Part shown: positions 48,061-61,246 of the stretch, piece by piece | How the letters are laid out: each line of letters begins with the position of its first letter | Position numbering within the stretch: position 1 is the first letter of the stretch | Assembly: GCA_018715925.1 (NCBI GenBank) | Contig: DVKQ01000008.1 | Coordinates: 1,562-65,561, forward strand | Source of the DNA: Candidatus Onthousia faecipullorum | GTDB lineage: Bacteria > Bacillota_I > Bacilli_A > RF39 > UBA660 | Length of the DNA: 64,000 nt | Reading direction: 5' to 3' | Notes under the pieces: generated by a model | What the model was told of the DNA's origin: nothing | What the model saw: the letters and a program-made list of their open reading frames with translations, nothing else | Databases searched by the model: none | Program-made: the position numbers and the translations under genes

Positions 48061-49062
48061 TAGATTTGCAACGTATTTTGCTACTCTTACATACTGTGCA
48101 GTATAACTCATTTCATTATCATACCATGCTACTACTTTAACTAGTTGTTCTCCGTCTACTTCACTAATTGATGTTAATAGACTATCAACTAAACTACCAT
48201 AGTGCATTCCTATTGTATCACTTGAAACGATTGGATCTGTTGTATAACCTAGAGTTTCATTAGTATTGTTTTTAAGAGTTTCATTGATTTCTTCAACTGT
48301 AGTATTTTTATTAAGTTTTAATACTAAATCAACAACTGAACCTGTTGTTACAGGAACTCTCATGGCTGCTCCTTCCATTTTTCCTTCAAGATTAGGTAAT
48401 ACTTTACCAATAGCAGATGCTGCACCAGTTGATGCTGGAACAATATTAGCAGCACTGGCTCTACCACGACGTGCTTTTATTCCTTTTTTATGTGCAACGT
48501 CTAGTGTAGCTTGATCATTTGTATAAGCATGTACTGTTGTCATATAGCCTTGTTTAATACCAAAGTTATCATCTAATACTTTTAGAACAGGTGCTAGACA
48601 GTTAGTAGTACAACTAGCTGCAGAAATAATCTTTTCGCTTCCATCTAATATGTCATGGTTAACATTATAAACGATAGTTTTAACATCTCCTTTAGCAGGT
48701 GCAGAGATAATTACTTTTTTAGCACCAGCATTGATATGAGCCATAGCTTTCTCATCGCTTGTAAATTTACCAGTACATTCTAGTACAATATCAATATCTA
48801 AATCTTTCCAAGGTAAAAGATTAGGATCTGTTTCTGCATATACTTTAATCTTTCTATCTCCTACTACAATATTATCTCCTTCAAAAGATATATCATCTGT
48901 TCTATATCTTCTATGAGAAGTATCATATTTAAGTAAATATGCAAGTTGTTCTGCATCTGTTAAATCATTAATAGCTACTACTTCCATTTCAGGATCGTCA
49001 TCTAATAATCTAAATGCTAATCTTCCTATTCTTCCAAACCCATTAATTGCAACCTTTTTCAT
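48058..49062 (-). CDS. gap: glyceraldehyde-3-phosphate dehydrogenase
   Basis: NAD-binding INGFGRIGR and the catalytic SCTTNC region. Confidence 0.9.
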   Translation of the reverse strand: MKKVAINGFGRIGRLAFRLLDDDPEMEVVAINDLTDAEQLAYLLKYDTSHRRYRTDDISFEGDNIVVGDRKIKVYAETDPNLLPWKDLDIDIVLECTGKFTSDEKAMAHINAGAKKVIISAPAKGDVKTIVYNVNHDILDGSEKIISAASCTTNCLAPVLKVLDDNFGIKQGYMTTVHAYTNDQATLDVAHKKGIKARRGRASAANIVPASTGAASAIGKVLPNLEGKMEGAAMRVPVTTGSVVDLVLKLNKNTTVEEINETLKNNTNETLGYTTDPIVSSDTIGMHYGSLVDSLLTSISEVDGEQLVKVVAWYDNEMSYTAQYVRVAKYVANL

Positions 49063-49064
49063 TT

Positions 49065-49256
49065 TTAATTATCCTCCTCTTCATCTTCTGGTGTTGTAAA
49101 CATACCATTTTCTTTTTCTACTGCCTTAACTGGTGAATCTTTTTCAACTCCATTATTATAGGCTAAAACCATAATAGCGATAAGTATAACGATAAATATT
49201 CCTATAAATATTAACATTGTACTCATGCCAAAACCTCTATTATTAAGTCTACCCAT
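49065..49256 (-). CDS. small single-TM membrane protein with an acidic C-terminus
   Basis: 63 aa. Confidence 0.4.
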   Translation of the reverse strand: MGRLNNRGFGMSTMLIFIGIFIVILIAIMVLAYNNGVEKDSPVKAVEKENGMFTTPEDEEEDN

Positions 49257-49270
49257 TTTATCACCTCTTA

Positions 49271-49900
49271 TTAAATTATTTCTTCAATATCAATGGTATT
49301 AACAGCAGCAAATTTATTTATAATTTCTTGATATATTTGATACCAAGAATAAACCCTAATAACATTTTTACCAGTACAGCCAATATTATATGGAGCATCA
49401 AAAACCATAACAGGGATTATTTTTGATATATCATTAACATTACTAGCTTTATCTTCTATCATTAAATCAAGTCCTATATTTAAACATTTTTCTCGTTTAT
49501 TACTAGTATTAATTACCAATTCATCATATTCAATATTATGTTTATCTAACCAAGCTTTAACATAATAGTCCATCATACCATCATATTGGTTAATTAAGTA
49601 TTGATTATCTCTTGCAGATAATATTATTATTTCATGTCCCGCTTTACGTAGTCTATGAATAACTTCACTAGCATAAGGTCGCATAGGAATTGCTATTAAC
49701 AAATCAAAGATATATTGCCGCCAAAACTCAATATTTTCTTCACCTGTTAGATGAAATTGTTCTTCCATATAATAACCTTTAGGATTAAATCCTCGGTTTA
49801 TATTTTGTTCTAAACAAAATTTAGAACCACAGGCAAAATGCCATTCTGCTATATCATTTAATACGCCATCTAAATCAACACCTATACGCATTTTAACCAA
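49271..49900 (-). CDS. HAD-superfamily 5'(3')-deoxyribonucleotidase-like protein
   Basis: Motif I DLDGVL and an NT5C-like length. Confidence 0.6.
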   Translation of the reverse strand: MVKMRIGVDLDGVLNDIAEWHFACGSKFCLEQNINRGFNPKGYYMEEQFHLTGEENIEFWRQYIFDLLIAIPMRPYASEVIHRLRKAGHEIIILSARDNQYLINQYDGMMDYYVKAWLDKHNIEYDELVINTSNKREKCLNIGLDLMIEDKASNVNDISKIIPVMVFDAPYNIGCTGKNVIRVYSWYQIYQEIINKFAAVNTIDIEEII

Positions 49901-49924
49901 TCCCTTCTTTTATTATTGTAGCAG

Positions 49925-49971
49925 AGGTTAGAAAAAAAAGGAATAGTGTTTATTAAATTTGACACTATTCC
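49925..49971 (-). terminator. rpoC terminator (10-bp stem GGAATAGTGT..ACACTATTCC plus U8)
   Basis: Strong hairpin overlapping the last codons of rpoC, followed by TTTTTTTT on the minus strand. Confidence 0.65.
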
Positions 49972-52900
49972 ATAAATTCATCTTCTAGTTTTTCTAATGG
50001 TTCTTCATCAGCGAACTCATCTTCTAAAGTATATTCTACATCACGATATTTTTTAAGACCAGTTCCTGCTGGTATTAGTTTACCTATTAGAACGTTTTCT
50101 TTTAATCCTTCAAGATGGTCTACTTTTCCATGAATTGCAGCATCTGTTAAGATTCTTGTTGTCTCTTGGAATGAAGCTGCTGATAAGAATGAATCTGTTT
50201 CAAGAGAGGCTTTAGTAATACCAAGTAGTACTGGACGACCTGTTGCAGGACGTTTACCACTAATTATTACTTCTTTATTTCCTTCTGTAAATTCTCTAAA
50301 GTTAACTAGAGAACCAGGTAAGAATTTAGTATCTCCACCTTCAACGATTCTAATCTTAGAAATCATACGACGAGCGATAATTTCGATATGTTTATCAGCG
50401 ATATCAACACCTTGAGAACGATATGTATTTTGTACTTCTTTCAAGATGTATTCTTGAGTTGTAATTGGATCTGTTACATCAAGTAACTCTTTAGGTGAGA
50501 TAGCTCCTTCTGTTAGTTTATCTCCACAAGAAACTGTATCACCTTTTTCTACACAAAGTTTAGCTCCATAGTTTGTAACATGTTCTTTAGTTTCAACTTT
50601 GTTTGTAATACTGATTTTATATTTACCATGATCTTCAGCGATTTTAGTAACTTTACCATCAATTTCAGCAATAGTTGCTTTACCTTTAGGGTTACGTGCT
50701 TCAAATAATTCTTGAACACGTGGAAGACCTTGAGTAATATCTTCACCACCGGCAACTCCACCTGTATGGAAGGTACGCATGGTTAACTGAGTACCAGGTT
50801 CACCGATTGATTGGGCAGCCATTACACCAACTGCTTCACCTATTTCTACGACATTACCTGTTGCAAGGTTTCTACCATAACATTTACGGCATACACCTTT
50901 TTCAGTGTTACATGTAAGAATTGATCTAATTTCAACTTCTTCAATACCTGCTGCAACTATTTTATCGGCAAGTGATTCTGTGATATATTCATCTTTATCA
51001 ACTATTACTTCTTTTGTTTCAGGATTAATTACTTTCTTACTAGCATAACGACCAACTATACGGTCATATAGACTTTCAATTACAGAACCAGTTTTCTCAT
51101 TAACAAAGGCACGAGCAACTAATCCTTGTTCAGTACCACAATCATCTTCTTTAACGATGATATCTTGAGATACATCAACAAGACGACGTGTTAAATAACC
51201 AGAGTCTGCTGTTTTTAATGCTGTATCAGCACTACCTTTTCTAGCAGAGTGAGTTGATAAGAAGAATTCTGATACTGATAGTCCTTCTTTAAAGTTAGAG
51301 ATAACTGGAATTTCAATTGGATCTCCATTTGGTTTTTGCATTAGTCCACGCATACCTGCAACTTGAGTAAATTGTGAGATACTACCACGTGCTTTAGAGT
51401 GCATCATGATGAAGATTGGGTTATCTACTTGTTCTTTAGATATTTCTTCTAGTTCAGCTTGAACTTTATCTTTAACGCCATACCAAGTTTCAATAACTTT
51501 CTCATGACGTTCTTCTTCAGTAATTAAACCACGAGTGTATTGTTTATTGATTTTATTAACTAAAGCTTGTCCTTCATCAATGTACTCTTGTTTATGTTCA
51601 CTTGTTGCAACATCGCTCATTGATATAGTAATACCAGCGATAGTTGAATAATAGAATCCTAAGTCTTTCATCTTATCAAGCATTTCTGATGTTTCTGTTG
51701 TTTTATAACGTTTAAATACTTGATCAATTACTTTTTCTAGTGTTCCTTTAGCAAAAGGACTAACTAGAGGCATTTTACTTATTTCTTCTTTAATATTACT
51801 TCCTTTAGGCAAGAAATACTTGTTAGGTGTAATATTTTGAATATTATCGCTAGTTGGTTCATTAATATATGGGAATGAATCTGGTAAGATTTCATTGAAT
51901 TTAATTTTACCAACAGTAGTAACTAGGTATTTACCTTTTTGAGATGATGTAAATAATTTATATTTAAATGAATCTACAGGAACTGCTATTCTTGTATGAA
52001 GAGTTATCTCACGTCTTTCATAAGCCATTAGGGCTTCATTAGAGTTTTTAAACACTCTTCCTTCACCATCTTCGCCAGCTTTTTCCATTGTTATATAGTA
52101 GTTACCTAAAACCATGTCTTGAGCTGGAGTAACGATTGGTTTTCCATCTGATGGTTTCAAGATGTTTCCAGAACCTAACATTAGAGTTCTTGCTTCTGCC
52201 CCAGCTTCTTCAGAAAGTGGTACATGGACTGCCATTTGGTCTCCATCGAAGTCAGCATTGAAAGCAGGACAAACTAATGGATGTAGTCTTATCGCTTTAC
52301 CACCTACTAGGATAGGTTCAAATGCTTGGATACCTAATCTATGTAGTGTAGGAGCTCTATTTAATAGAACTGGATGTTCTTTAATTACATCTTCTACAAT
52401 ATCCCAAACTACTGGGTCTCTATTTTCAATAAGACGTTTAGCAGCTTTGATATTATGAGCGATATCTCTTTCTACTAAACCATTGATAACATGTGGTTTA
52501 AATAATTCTAGAGCCATTTCTTTTGGAATACCACATTGATACATCTTAAGTGATGGTCCAACAACGATAACTGAACGACCTGAATAGTCAACACGTTTAC
52601 CAAGTAAGTTTTGACGGAAACGTCCTTGTTTACCTTTTAACATGCTAGAAAGTGATTTCAAAGCACGATTTCCAGCACCTGTTACACTTCTACCACGACG
52701 TCCATTATCAAATAGAGCATCAACTGCTTCTTGTAACATTCTCTTTTCATTTTGAATAATGATACCAGGTGCTCCTAAGTCTATTAGTTTCTTTAAACGA
52801 TTATTACGGTTAATAACACGACGATATAAATCATTTAAGTCACTTGTTGCAAAACGTCCACCATCTAATTGAATCATAGGACGAAGTTCTGGTGGTATTA

Positions 52901-53597
52901 CAGGAATACAATCTAGAATCATCCATTCTGGTTTTTGATCAGAACGATAGAAAGCATCAAGAACATCTAGTCTTTTTAATAGTCTAGTTCTTTTTTGTCC
53001 TTGGGCATTTTCTAGTTCTTTATTAATTTCATCAATATCATGTTTTAAATCTACTTTCTTAAGTAATTCTTTAATCGCTTCTGCACCCATACCTACTTTA
53101 AAGCCGTTACCATATTTTTCATAGTAAGCACGATATTCTTTTTCTGATAGAGTTTGTTTGTTTTCTAGTGGAGCATTACCTTTATCAATTACAACATAAC
53201 TAACAAAGTATAATACTTCTTCTAAGTCTCTAGGACTCATATCAAGTACAAGTCCCATTCTTGAAGGTACTCCTTTAAAGAACCAGATATGAGAGACAGG
53301 ACTAGCAAGTTCAATATGTCCCATTCTCTCACGTCTTACTTTTGATTTTGTTACTTCAACACCACAACGGTCGCAGACAATATTTTTATAACGAACTCTC
53401 TTATACTTTCCACAGGCACATTCGTAATCTTTAGTTGGTCCAAATATTTTTTCGCAGAATAAGCCATCACGTTCTGGACGAAGTGTACGATAGTTAATTG
53501 TTTCTGGTTTTTTTACTTCACCATAACTCCACTCACGTATTTTTTCAGGAGAAGCGATACCGATTCTAATAGCATCAAATTTATTTACTTCTATCAT
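49965..53597 (-). CDS. rpoC: DNA-directed RNA polymerase subunit beta'
   Basis: 1210 aa with a zinc finger and the NADFDGD catalytic motif. Confidence 0.95.
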   Translation of the reverse strand: MIEVNKFDAIRIGIASPEKIREWSYGEVKKPETINYRTLRPERDGLFCEKIFGPTKDYECACGKYKRVRYKNIVCDRCGVEVTKSKVRRERMGHIELASPVSHIWFFKGVPSRMGLVLDMSPRDLEEVLYFVSYVVIDKGNAPLENKQTLSEKEYRAYYEKYGNGFKVGMGAEAIKELLKKVDLKHDIDEINKELENAQGQKRTRLLKRLDVLDAFYRSDQKPEWMILDCIPVIPPELRPMIQLDGGRFATSDLNDLYRRVINRNNRLKKLIDLGAPGIIIQNEKRMLQEAVDALFDNGRRGRSVTGAGNRALKSLSSMLKGKQGRFRQNLLGKRVDYSGRSVIVVGPSLKMYQCGIPKEMALELFKPHVINGLVERDIAHNIKAAKRLIENRDPVVWDIVEDVIKEHPVLLNRAPTLHRLGIQAFEPILVGGKAIRLHPLVCPAFNADFDGDQMAVHVPLSEEAGAEARTLMLGSGNILKPSDGKPIVTPAQDMVLGNYYITMEKAGEDGEGRVFKNSNEALMAYERREITLHTRIAVPVDSFKYKLFTSSQKGKYLVTTVGKIKFNEILPDSFPYINEPTSDNIQNITPNKYFLPKGSNIKEEISKMPLVSPFAKGTLEKVIDQVFKRYKTTETSEMLDKMKDLGFYYSTIAGITISMSDVATSEHKQEYIDEGQALVNKINKQYTRGLITEEERHEKVIETWYGVKDKVQAELEEISKEQVDNPIFIMMHSKARGSISQFTQVAGMRGLMQKPNGDPIEIPVISNFKEGLSVSEFFLSTHSARKGSADTALKTADSGYLTRRLVDVSQDIIVKEDDCGTEQGLVARAFVNEKTGSVIESLYDRIVGRYASKKVINPETKEVIVDKDEYITESLADKIVAAGIEEVEIRSILTCNTEKGVCRKCYGRNLATGNVVEIGEAVGVMAAQSIGEPGTQLTMRTFHTGGVAGGEDITQGLPRVQELFEARNPKGKATIAEIDGKVTKIAEDHGKYKISITNKVETKEHVTNYGAKLCVEKGDTVSCGDKLTEGAISPKELLDVTDPITTQEYILKEVQNTYRSQGVDIADKHIEIIARRMISKIRIVEGGDTKFLPGSLVNFREFTEGNKEVIISGKRPATGRPVLLGITKASLETDSFLSAASFQETTRILTDAAIHGKVDHLEGLKENVLIGKLIPAGTGLKKYRDVEYTLEDEFADEEPLEKLEDEFME

Positions 53598-56500
53598 TAT
53601 TCTTCATCTCCTTCACTAAGTTCGTCTTCTACATTTATTATGTCTTCTTCATCAGGTTCTATATCCTCATCTTCAAAAGATGATTCATCTTCAAATTCTT
53701 CAGTATCTTCATCTGTTTCTTCTATTTTTGTTTCTCGATTTATTTTAGTGATGTTTATTTCTTCATTTAATGGTTCACCAATATCATCATCACTTTCTTC
53801 AATTTGTTTTAAACCAAGATATTCTCCATCCTCATTAATGATTGAAATATCAAGTCCTAAAGCTTGGAATTCTTTCATTAATACTCTAAATGACTCTGGA
53901 ACTCCTGCTCTATTTACTTCTTCACCTTTTACTATCGCTTCATATACTTTTACACGACCAATGACATCATCTGATTTAACTGTCATCATTTCTTGAAGTG
54001 TATAGGCTGCACCATATGCATATAGAGCCCAAACTTCCATTTCTCCGAATCTTTGTCCACCAAATTGAGCTTTACCTCCAAGTGGTTGTTGAGTTACTAG
54101 GGAGTATGGTCCAGTACTTCTTGCATGTAGTTTATCATCTACCATGTGGTGTAGTTTAATCATGTACATTACACCAACAGAGATACGGTTATCAAATGGT
54201 TCACCTGTACGTCCATCGTATAGAACAGTTTTACCATCAGGGTCCATTCCAGCTTCTGCCATGATTTCTTCAATGTCATTGATATGAGCACCATCGAAAA
54301 CTGGAGTTGCGATATGTACACCTAATTTTTTAGCAGCCATACCCATATGTAATTCTAGGATTTGTCCTAAGTTCATACGAGATGGAACACCTTGTGGATT
54401 AAGCATAATATCTACTGGACGTCCATCTGGTAAATAAGGCATATCTTCTTGAGGTAAGATTAGGGAAATAACACCTTTGTTACCATGACGACCTGACATT
54501 TTATCTCCAACTTGAATTTTACGTTTTTGAATGATATAAACTCTAATTACTTTAGATACACCTGCTGGTAATTCATCATTATCTTTACGAGAATAAATTT
54601 TTATATCATGAACAATACCATCTCCACCGTGAGGAACACGAAGTGAGGTATCTCTTACTTCACGAGTCTTCTCACCAAATATGGCATGTAGTAGTTTTTC
54701 TTCACTAGATAACTCAGCCATTCCTTTAGGAGTTACTTTACCAACTAGGATGTCTCCTTCTTTTACTTCAGTACCAATAGTTACGATACCATTTTCATCA
54801 AGGTTCTTCTTAGCTTCTTCACTAACATTTGGAATATCACGAGTAATTTCTTCTGGTCCTAGTTTAGTTTCACGACATTGCATCTCATAGTCTTCTAGAT
54901 GTAGTGATGTATATTTATCATCTTTAACTAGGTTTTCATTAAGGATTACAGCATCTTCATAGTTATATCCATTATAAGTCATGAAGGCTACTACAACGTT
55001 TTTACCTAAAGCAAGTTCTCCGTTATCACAACTATTACCATCAGCGATGACATCGCCCATTTTTACTTTATCACCAACTCTAACAATTGGTCGTTGATGT
55101 GAACAAATACTAGAGTTAGCAAGTTCAAAGTTTGCTAGATAATATGTATCTTTTCCTTTGGAATTAGCGATAACTATCTTCTTAGCATCAACATAATCTA
55201 CAATACCATCTGCTTTAGCGATAATACAAACTCCTGAATCTTTAGCAGCGATATGTTCAACACCTGTTCCAATGAATGGAGCTTCTGTTTTTAATAATGG
55301 CATAGCTTGACGTTGCATGTTAGCACCCATCAAGGCACGAGTTGCATCATCATGCTCTAGGAATGGGATACAACTTGTTGTTACAGATACAACTTGTTGA
55401 GGTGATACATCGATATAATCAACTTGTTCTGGTTTGGCAAGAATATTTTCATCTCTAAATCTTGCAGCGACTGTTTTATCAATAATAACATTATCTTCGT
55501 CTGTATTAACTGTTGACTGAGAGATAATGTAATCTTGTTCTTCATCTGCTGTTAGATAAACTACCTCATCTGTTATCTTACAGTTTTCTACTTTACGATA
55601 TGGAGTCATAATAAATCCATATTCATCTATTTTAGCATAACTTGCAAGTGAAGTTATAAGTCCGATGTTTTGTCCTTCTGGTGACTCAATAGGACAGATT
55701 CTACCATAGTGTGATGCATTAACGTCACGTACTTCTACACCTGCTCTATCACGAGAAAGTCCACCTGGTCCTAAAGCTGATAAACGACGTTTATTAGTAA
55801 GTTCTGCAATAGGGTTTGTTTGGTCCATGAATTGTGATAATTGAGATGATCCAAAGAACTCTTTCATAGCAGCTGTTACTGGTCTAATGTTAATTAATGT
55901 CTTAGGAGTTACTTCTTCCATTTCTTGAGTAGTCATTCTCTCACGAATAACTCTTTCCATACGAGAAATACCAATTCTAAATTGATTTTGTAATAATTCT
56001 CCTACTTGTCTAATACGACGGTTACCTAAATGGTCGATTTCATCATAATTACCAACACCGTGTAATAAATTTAAGTAATAAGAAGTTGCAGCATAAACAT
56101 CTGATATTGTCAAACGTTTAGAATCAATTGACCCGTCATTACCAATAACAATTAGTTTTTTCTTCTTATCATTAGGATCATAAATAGTAACTTTTTGTAT
56201 CTTGTTATAAGTATCAAGCTCATCATTAATCTTAGCTTCTTCTACTCCATAACCATTTGCAAAGATTTCTCTTAAATCTTCTAAAACATCTTTAGTTACA
56301 ACTGTTCCTTTAGGAAATTTAGTCTCTCCATCTACTACGATATCTTCTGCTAATGTTTGATTTAATAGACGGTCAACGATATTTAATTTACGATTAAATT
56401 TATAACGTCCTACTTTAGCAAGATCATATCTAAATTCATCAAAGAATCTAGTTATAATATGGTTTTTAGATGAATCTAGTGTAGCAGGTTCACCCGGTCT

Positions 56501-57220
56501 TAATTTTTCATATATTTCGATTAATGCTTCATCTAAGTTCTTAGTAGCATCTTTAGCGATAGTATTTTTAAGAAAGTCATCTTCACCAAATAGTTTTAAG
56601 ATATCATCATCACTAGAAAGTCCAAAAGCACGTAATAATGTTGTTAATGTTACTTTTCTAGTTCTATCTATTCTTACATATAATACATCTCTAGCATCTG
56701 CTTCAAACTCTAACCATGTACCACGTGTAGGAATGATTTGAGATGTGATTAATTCACGACCATTCTTATCAATTTCTCTATTATAATAGACACTTGGAGA
56801 ACGAACTAATTGAGAAACAATAACACGTTCTGCCCCGTTTATTATAAATGTTCCACTATCAGTCATAATAGGCATATCGCCAAGGAAGATTTCTTGTTCT
56901 TTTACTTCCCCTGTCTCACGATTAAAAAGACGCACTTCTACCTTTAGTGGTGCTGCATAAGTAGTTTCTCTATCTTTACTAGCTTTTATTGAATATCTTG
57001 GTTCTTCAAAATGATAATCACCAAACTCTAAAGATAGAGTACCTGAAAAGTTTTCAACAGGAAATAAATCTTCAAAGACTTCTTTAATTCCTGTAGTAAT
57101 AAACCAGTCATAAGACTTCTTTTGAATTTCTAACAAATCCTTTAGCTCATAAGTATTTCTTATTCTTGAATAATTTCTTCTTTCACGTTTTTTTCCATAT
57201 TTTACAATTTTATATGACAC
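53597..57220 (-). CDS. rpoB: DNA-directed RNA polymerase subunit beta, with a ~60-aa acidic C-terminal tail
   Basis: 1207 aa of RpoB conserved regions. The C-terminus is a D/E-rich low-complexity tail. Confidence 0.95.
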   Translation of the reverse strand: MSYKIVKYGKKRERRNYSRIRNTYELKDLLEIQKKSYDWFITTGIKEVFEDLFPVENFSGTLSLEFGDYHFEEPRYSIKASKDRETTYAAPLKVEVRLFNRETGEVKEQEIFLGDMPIMTDSGTFIINGAERVIVSQLVRSPSVYYNREIDKNGRELITSQIIPTRGTWLEFEADARDVLYVRIDRTRKVTLTTLLRAFGLSSDDDILKLFGEDDFLKNTIAKDATKNLDEALIEIYEKLRPGEPATLDSSKNHIITRFFDEFRYDLAKVGRYKFNRKLNIVDRLLNQTLAEDIVVDGETKFPKGTVVTKDVLEDLREIFANGYGVEEAKINDELDTYNKIQKVTIYDPNDKKKKLIVIGNDGSIDSKRLTISDVYAATSYYLNLLHGVGNYDEIDHLGNRRIRQVGELLQNQFRIGISRMERVIRERMTTQEMEEVTPKTLINIRPVTAAMKEFFGSSQLSQFMDQTNPIAELTNKRRLSALGPGGLSRDRAGVEVRDVNASHYGRICPIESPEGQNIGLITSLASYAKIDEYGFIMTPYRKVENCKITDEVVYLTADEEQDYIISQSTVNTDEDNVIIDKTVAARFRDENILAKPEQVDYIDVSPQQVVSVTTSCIPFLEHDDATRALMGANMQRQAMPLLKTEAPFIGTGVEHIAAKDSGVCIIAKADGIVDYVDAKKIVIANSKGKDTYYLANFELANSSICSHQRPIVRVGDKVKMGDVIADGNSCDNGELALGKNVVVAFMTYNGYNYEDAVILNENLVKDDKYTSLHLEDYEMQCRETKLGPEEITRDIPNVSEEAKKNLDENGIVTIGTEVKEGDILVGKVTPKGMAELSSEEKLLHAIFGEKTREVRDTSLRVPHGGDGIVHDIKIYSRKDNDELPAGVSKVIRVYIIQKRKIQVGDKMSGRHGNKGVISLILPQEDMPYLPDGRPVDIMLNPQGVPSRMNLGQILELHMGMAAKKLGVHIATPVFDGAHINDIEEIMAEAGMDPDGKTVLYDGRTGEPFDNRISVGVMYMIKLHHMVDDKLHARSTGPYSLVTQQPLGGKAQFGGQRFGEMEVWALYAYGAAYTLQEMMTVKSDDVIGRVKVYEAIVKGEEVNRAGVPESFRVLMKEFQALGLDISIINEDGEYLGLKQIEESDDDIGEPLNEEINITKINRETKIEETDEDTEEFEDESSFEDEDIEPDEEDIINVEDELSEGDEE

Positions 57221-57314
57221 TAAAATTCACCCCATTACCATAGTTTTTTACATTTATTATTCCAAAAAATAATACATTGCCAATTTATATTATTAGCATA
57301 AACTCTTCAACAAG

Positions 57315-57905
57315 TCAACACATTTTTGCAACTATTATATAAAAACCTTTACTTTTATTAACAATATCTACATCATAATATTTTTTTAAGTCGGAAATTG
57401 TCGACTTTGCACCTTGTTCTTTTCTTATTACTAAGTACAATACCCCATCTGATTCTAAATGACTTCTAGCATTTAGTAAGATATCATAGACTATTTTTTT
57501 GCCTGCTCTAATCGGAGGGTTAGTAATAATAGTCCTATACTTTTTTGTGACATTTTCATAACAGTTGCTTTCAAATACATTTATATTAGTACATTTATTT
57601 TCTTTAATATTTCTCTTAGATAGATGAAGAGCTCGTTTATTAACATCTACCATATCTACATCTAAATTAGTTATTTTATTAACAATAATTCCTAGCACCC
57701 CATAGCCACAACCAACATCAAGTACTGGACCTTTTAATTCTTGATATGGCAGAGACTCTAAAAGTAATCTACTACCATAATCAAGTCCATGTTTAGCGAA
57801 AACGCCATTATCCGTATAAAAAATAAAGTTCTGATTAAAAATAGATGTTGTGGTTTTCTTTAAATTACTAGGAAGATTCTGGTCATTTTCAAAATAATGA
57901 CTCAT
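57315..57905 (-). CDS. small-domain rRNA methyltransferase (RsmC/YbxB-like)
   Basis: SAM motif VLDVGCGYG and NPPIR/NPPF-like TNPPIRAG. Position between rplL and rpoB is as for B. subtilis ybxB. Start trimmed to MSHYFEND, which has a GAGGTGA RBS. Confidence 0.7.
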   Translation of the reverse strand: MSHYFENDQNLPSNLKKTTTSIFNQNFIFYTDNGVFAKHGLDYGSRLLLESLPYQELKGPVLDVGCGYGVLGIIVNKITNLDVDMVDVNKRALHLSKRNIKENKCTNINVFESNCYENVTKKYRTIITNPPIRAGKKIVYDILLNARSHLESDGVLYLVIRKEQGAKSTISDLKKYYDVDIVNKSKGFYIIVAKMC

Positions 57906-58075
57906 TGGCATCACCTCAAAAGAAAGAAAGAGACAAGCCATTATACTAAAAGTATATAGTTTGTCTCCTTTCGTAGTGTTATAATACACTATTTTTTCTA
58001 TTTCGTCAACACTTTTTTTCGAAGTTGTTCTCTAAAATTGCCATTTGACAGTTTATGCTAGTACTAAATTCTATA

Positions 58076-58714
58076 TTAATAACAAGTTATTCTTATAATA
58101 ATAGTTATCATTGTAACTAAAAGATATAACGTAGAAGTCATAAATACAAGATAACTTATAGCATGATGATTTAATAATTTATTTTTAATAGTAGTTATTA
58201 CAAACTTAAGCATGGCAAAGACTATAAATATTATTATTGGTATTAATAATAAAGATAGGAAAATTCTATGTCCATTATTTGTCAATGCCACTGGTAGAAA
58301 AAAGGAAAAACAAATACTAACTCCTATAAAGATACTAAAGTATAGATTTAATATTAATGATAGTAAAGAGAAGTTCTTATAATAAATGAATAATGCTAGT
58401 GGTATAAATATTATTAGCCACAAAGGATAATTGGTTATAATCTTAAAAAGAAAAAGATTATCTTCAATATAAGAAAAATAATAATAACTTAAGAAGTATG
58501 CTAGTAATATTATGATGATACTTATAATTAAAAGAGGTATTTCTTTCTTAAAATTAAACTTCTTATTTCTTACATCATCTTTAAAACTTGCATAAGAACT
58601 TTTCTTTAAGTCTACTTCTTTTATATCTTTATATATTTCTTTATTAATCGCTCCACAATAAGGACAACTAAATATATTATCTTTATATTCTCTTTTACAA
58701 TTTGGACATTTCAT
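58076..58714 (-). CDS. zinc-ribbon plus polytopic membrane protein
   Basis: N-terminal CPNC...CPYC followed by about 5 TM segments. Confidence 0.5.
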   Translation of the reverse strand: MKCPNCKREYKDNIFSCPYCGAINKEIYKDIKEVDLKKSSYASFKDDVRNKKFNFKKEIPLLIISIIIILLAYFLSYYYFSYIEDNLFLFKIITNYPLWLIIFIPLALFIYYKNFSLLSLILNLYFSIFIGVSICFSFFLPVALTNNGHRIFLSLLLIPIIIFIVFAMLKFVITTIKNKLLNHHAISYLVFMTSTLYLLVTMITIIIRITCY

Positions 58715-58787
58715 AGTATTCTCCTTTTATTAAAGGATATCATAATTATGTAAAAATGAACACAAAAAAAAGAAGCTAGAATGCTAA

Positions 58788-59159
58788 TTACTTAACTTCA
58801 ACAGTAGCACCAGCTTCTTCTAATTTAGCTTTGATTTCATTAGCTTCTTCAACAGAAATGTTTTCTTTAATTGGTGAACCAGCATTATCAACTAAATCTT
58901 TAGATTCTTTTAATCCTAGTCCTGTAATTTCACGAACTACTTTGATTACTGCAACTTTAGCAGCTCCTGCATCAGTAATTGATACTGTAACTGTAGATGG
59001 AGCAGCATCTTCTTGAGCTGCAGCTCCTGGAGCAGCAACTGCAACGGCTGATGGATCTACACCAAACTCTTCTTTCATTGCATCTACTAATTCTTTAATT
59101 TCTAAAAGATTCATTTCTTTTAATGAGCTAATAAATTCTTCTTTTGTTAATTTTGCCAT
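58788..59159 (-). CDS. rplL: 50S ribosomal protein L7/L12
   Basis: L7/L12 family. Confidence 0.9.
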   Translation of the reverse strand: MAKLTKEEFISSLKEMNLLEIKELVDAMKEEFGVDPSAVAVAAPGAAAQEDAAPSTVTVSITDAGAAKVAVIKVVREITGLGLKESKDLVDNAGSPIKENISVEEANEIKAKLEEAGATVEVK

Positions 59160-59179
59160 TTTTATATTCCTCCTATATT

Positions 59180-59674
59180 TTAATTTTCTTCTTTTTGTTC
59201 ACTATATAAATTTAAGCAGATAGATAGGTCGCGAACAAGTCCTATCATACCACCTGCAAGCATAGTAAGTAAGCCATCTCTTGATGGAATCTTTGCATAT
59301 TCAGCAAGTTTAGCTTGATCTGCAACTTCACCATCAACATAACCAATCTTTAAAGATAATTTTTCATGGTCTTTAGCAAAATCAGATAATACTTTGATTG
59401 GAGCTATTTGATCAGTACTATAAGCAAATGCACTTGGTCCTTCTAAAGCTTCAGATACATCAATATCTAAATCTTTAAAAGCTCTAGCCATTAATGTATT
59501 TTTATATACTTTGTAAACAGCACCTGCATCTCTTAGGGCATGTCTTAGCTCTTTAATCTCAGCATCTGTTAGACCACGATAATCAAATAATACAAAAGTT
59601 GCACTATTATTAACATTATCTTTAATTTCGTCAATAACTTCTTGTTTCTTTGCTAAGATTTTTTGATTAGCCAT
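59180..59674 (-). CDS. rplJ: 50S ribosomal protein L10
   Basis: L10 family. Confidence 0.9.
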   Translation of the reverse strand: MANQKILAKKQEVIDEIKDNVNNSATFVLFDYRGLTDAEIKELRHALRDAGAVYKVYKNTLMARAFKDLDIDVSEALEGPSAFAYSTDQIAPIKVLSDFAKDHEKLSLKIGYVDGEVADQAKLAEYAKIPSRDGLLTMLAGGMIGLVRDLSICLNLYSEQKEEN

Positions 59675-59847
59675 ATTTTCCCTCCTATTTTCTTGTCAGT
59701 TTATAGTCCCTAGAAAGGTTAAAAGTTCTTAGAGTAATCCCCAAGAACTTTTATTTATAAGAATTAGTCCTCGGTAGGATTTACGTTTTTACCTACTGTC
59801 TTGGGTACTTAATAACTGATTTCTTTCTTATTATATTCTATAATCTT
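59675..59847 (-). promoter_or_regulatory. rplJ leader (probable L10(L12)4 autoregulatory structure)
   Basis: 173-nt structured untranslated region between rplA and rplJ, as in other Firmicutes. Confidence 0.35.
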
Positions 59848-60546
59848 CTATTTGTCAAAAGAATTAATTTGAATCTTAATTCCAGGACCCATAGTAGATG
59901 AAATAGATATGTTTTTAATATAGTCTCCTTTTACTGTAGCAGGTTTAATTTTTATAATTTGACTAACTACAGCATTTAGGTTCGCTAATAGGTCTTCTTC
60001 AGTAAATGATACTTTACCAATGATAGTATGGATATTACCAAAACTATCTGTACGGTATTCAACACGTCCTGCTTTAGCATCTGATACTGCTTTAGCAACA
60101 TCTGTTGTTACTGTTCCTGTTTTAGGGTTAGGCATTAATCCTTTTGGTCCTAGGATACGTCCTAACTTACCAAGTAAAGGCATCATATCTGGAGTTGCAA
60201 TCATAGTATCAAATTCAAACCAATTTTCATTAGCAATTTTATCTAAGTAATCTTGATCTCCAACATAATCTGCTCCAGCTTCAGTAGCTTTTTTAGCATT
60301 GTCACCTTTAGCGATTACTAGAACACGGTTTATTTTACCTGTTCCTTTAGGTAGAACAATAGCACCTCTTAGTTGTTGGTCAGCTTTTTTAGTATCAAGA
60401 TTTAAGTTCATTGCAACTTCTACTGAAGAATCAAACTTAGTAATACTAGTTTCTTTAACTAATTTTACTGCTTCTTCTTTAGTATATAGTTTATTCTTTT
60501 CTACTTTAGTAGCAGCTTCACTATATTTTCTACTTCTTCTTTTCAT
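59848..60546 (-). CDS. rplA: 50S ribosomal protein L1
   Basis: L1 family. Confidence 0.9.
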   Translation of the reverse strand: MKRRSRKYSEAATKVEKNKLYTKEEAVKLVKETSITKFDSSVEVAMNLNLDTKKADQQLRGAIVLPKGTGKINRVLVIAKGDNAKKATEAGADYVGDQDYLDKIANENWFEFDTMIATPDMMPLLGKLGRILGPKGLMPNPKTGTVTTDVAKAVSDAKAGRVEYRTDSFGNIHTIIGKVSFTEEDLLANLNAVVSQIIKIKPATVKGDYIKNISISSTMGPGIKIQINSFDK

Positions 60547-60630
60547 TATTTTTCCTCCTTATGTGGTTATTCGGGTAAGCAATTAGTGTTACATCCTCCC
60601 ACATAGGTATAACCTATATGTTTAGTTTTA

Positions 60631-61065
60631 TTATTTACTTTCTTCTACGCCAACACCCATGTTTTTAGCTGTTCCAATTACTGTCTTCTTAGCTGCTTCT
60701 AAGTCATAGCAGTTTAAATCTGGTAATTTAGTTTCAGCTATTTCTGTTACTTGGGCATCTGTTAGTGTTGCAACTGTTTCATTCTTTCCTTTAGTTGAAC
60801 CTTTATTAATTTTAGCATACTTCTTAATTAAGAATGGAACTGGTGGAGTCTTAATTACAAAGTCGAAGCTTCTATCATCATAAATAGAAATTTCAACTGG
60901 TAAAATATCTCCCATTTTATCTTTTGTTGCATCATTATATTTTGTACAAAATTCCTGTAAATTAATTCCAGCAGGTCCTAAAACTGTTCCAACTGGTGGA
61001 GCTGGTGTAGCTTTGCCAGCAGGAATTTGTAACTTTATTTTCTTTACAACTTCTTTCTTTGCCAC
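60631..61065 (-). CDS. rplK: 50S ribosomal protein L11
   Basis: L11 family. GTG start giving (M)AKKEVVKK. The longer track ORF is an upstream extension. Confidence 0.85.
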   Translation of the reverse strand: MAKKEVVKKIKLQIPAGKATPAPPVGTVLGPAGINLQEFCTKYNDATKDKMGDILPVEISIYDDRSFDFVIKTPPVPFLIKKYAKINKGSTKGKNETVATLTDAQVTEIAETKLPDLNCYDLEAAKKTVIGTAKNMGVGVEESK

Positions 61066-61246
61066 GAAAAACACATCCTTTCTTACTCGTTTTCGCGAGT
61101 GGTTATAATAGCTTTTCAATATCAAGATTGTTTAATCTCGACGTTTTGCATTTACTGCACTTTTTGCTTCCCACTAATATCAATCTATATCAAATTAATA
61201 TAGCTCCTAAATAATAGCATACTTTTTTTTATTTGACAAGAGAAAA

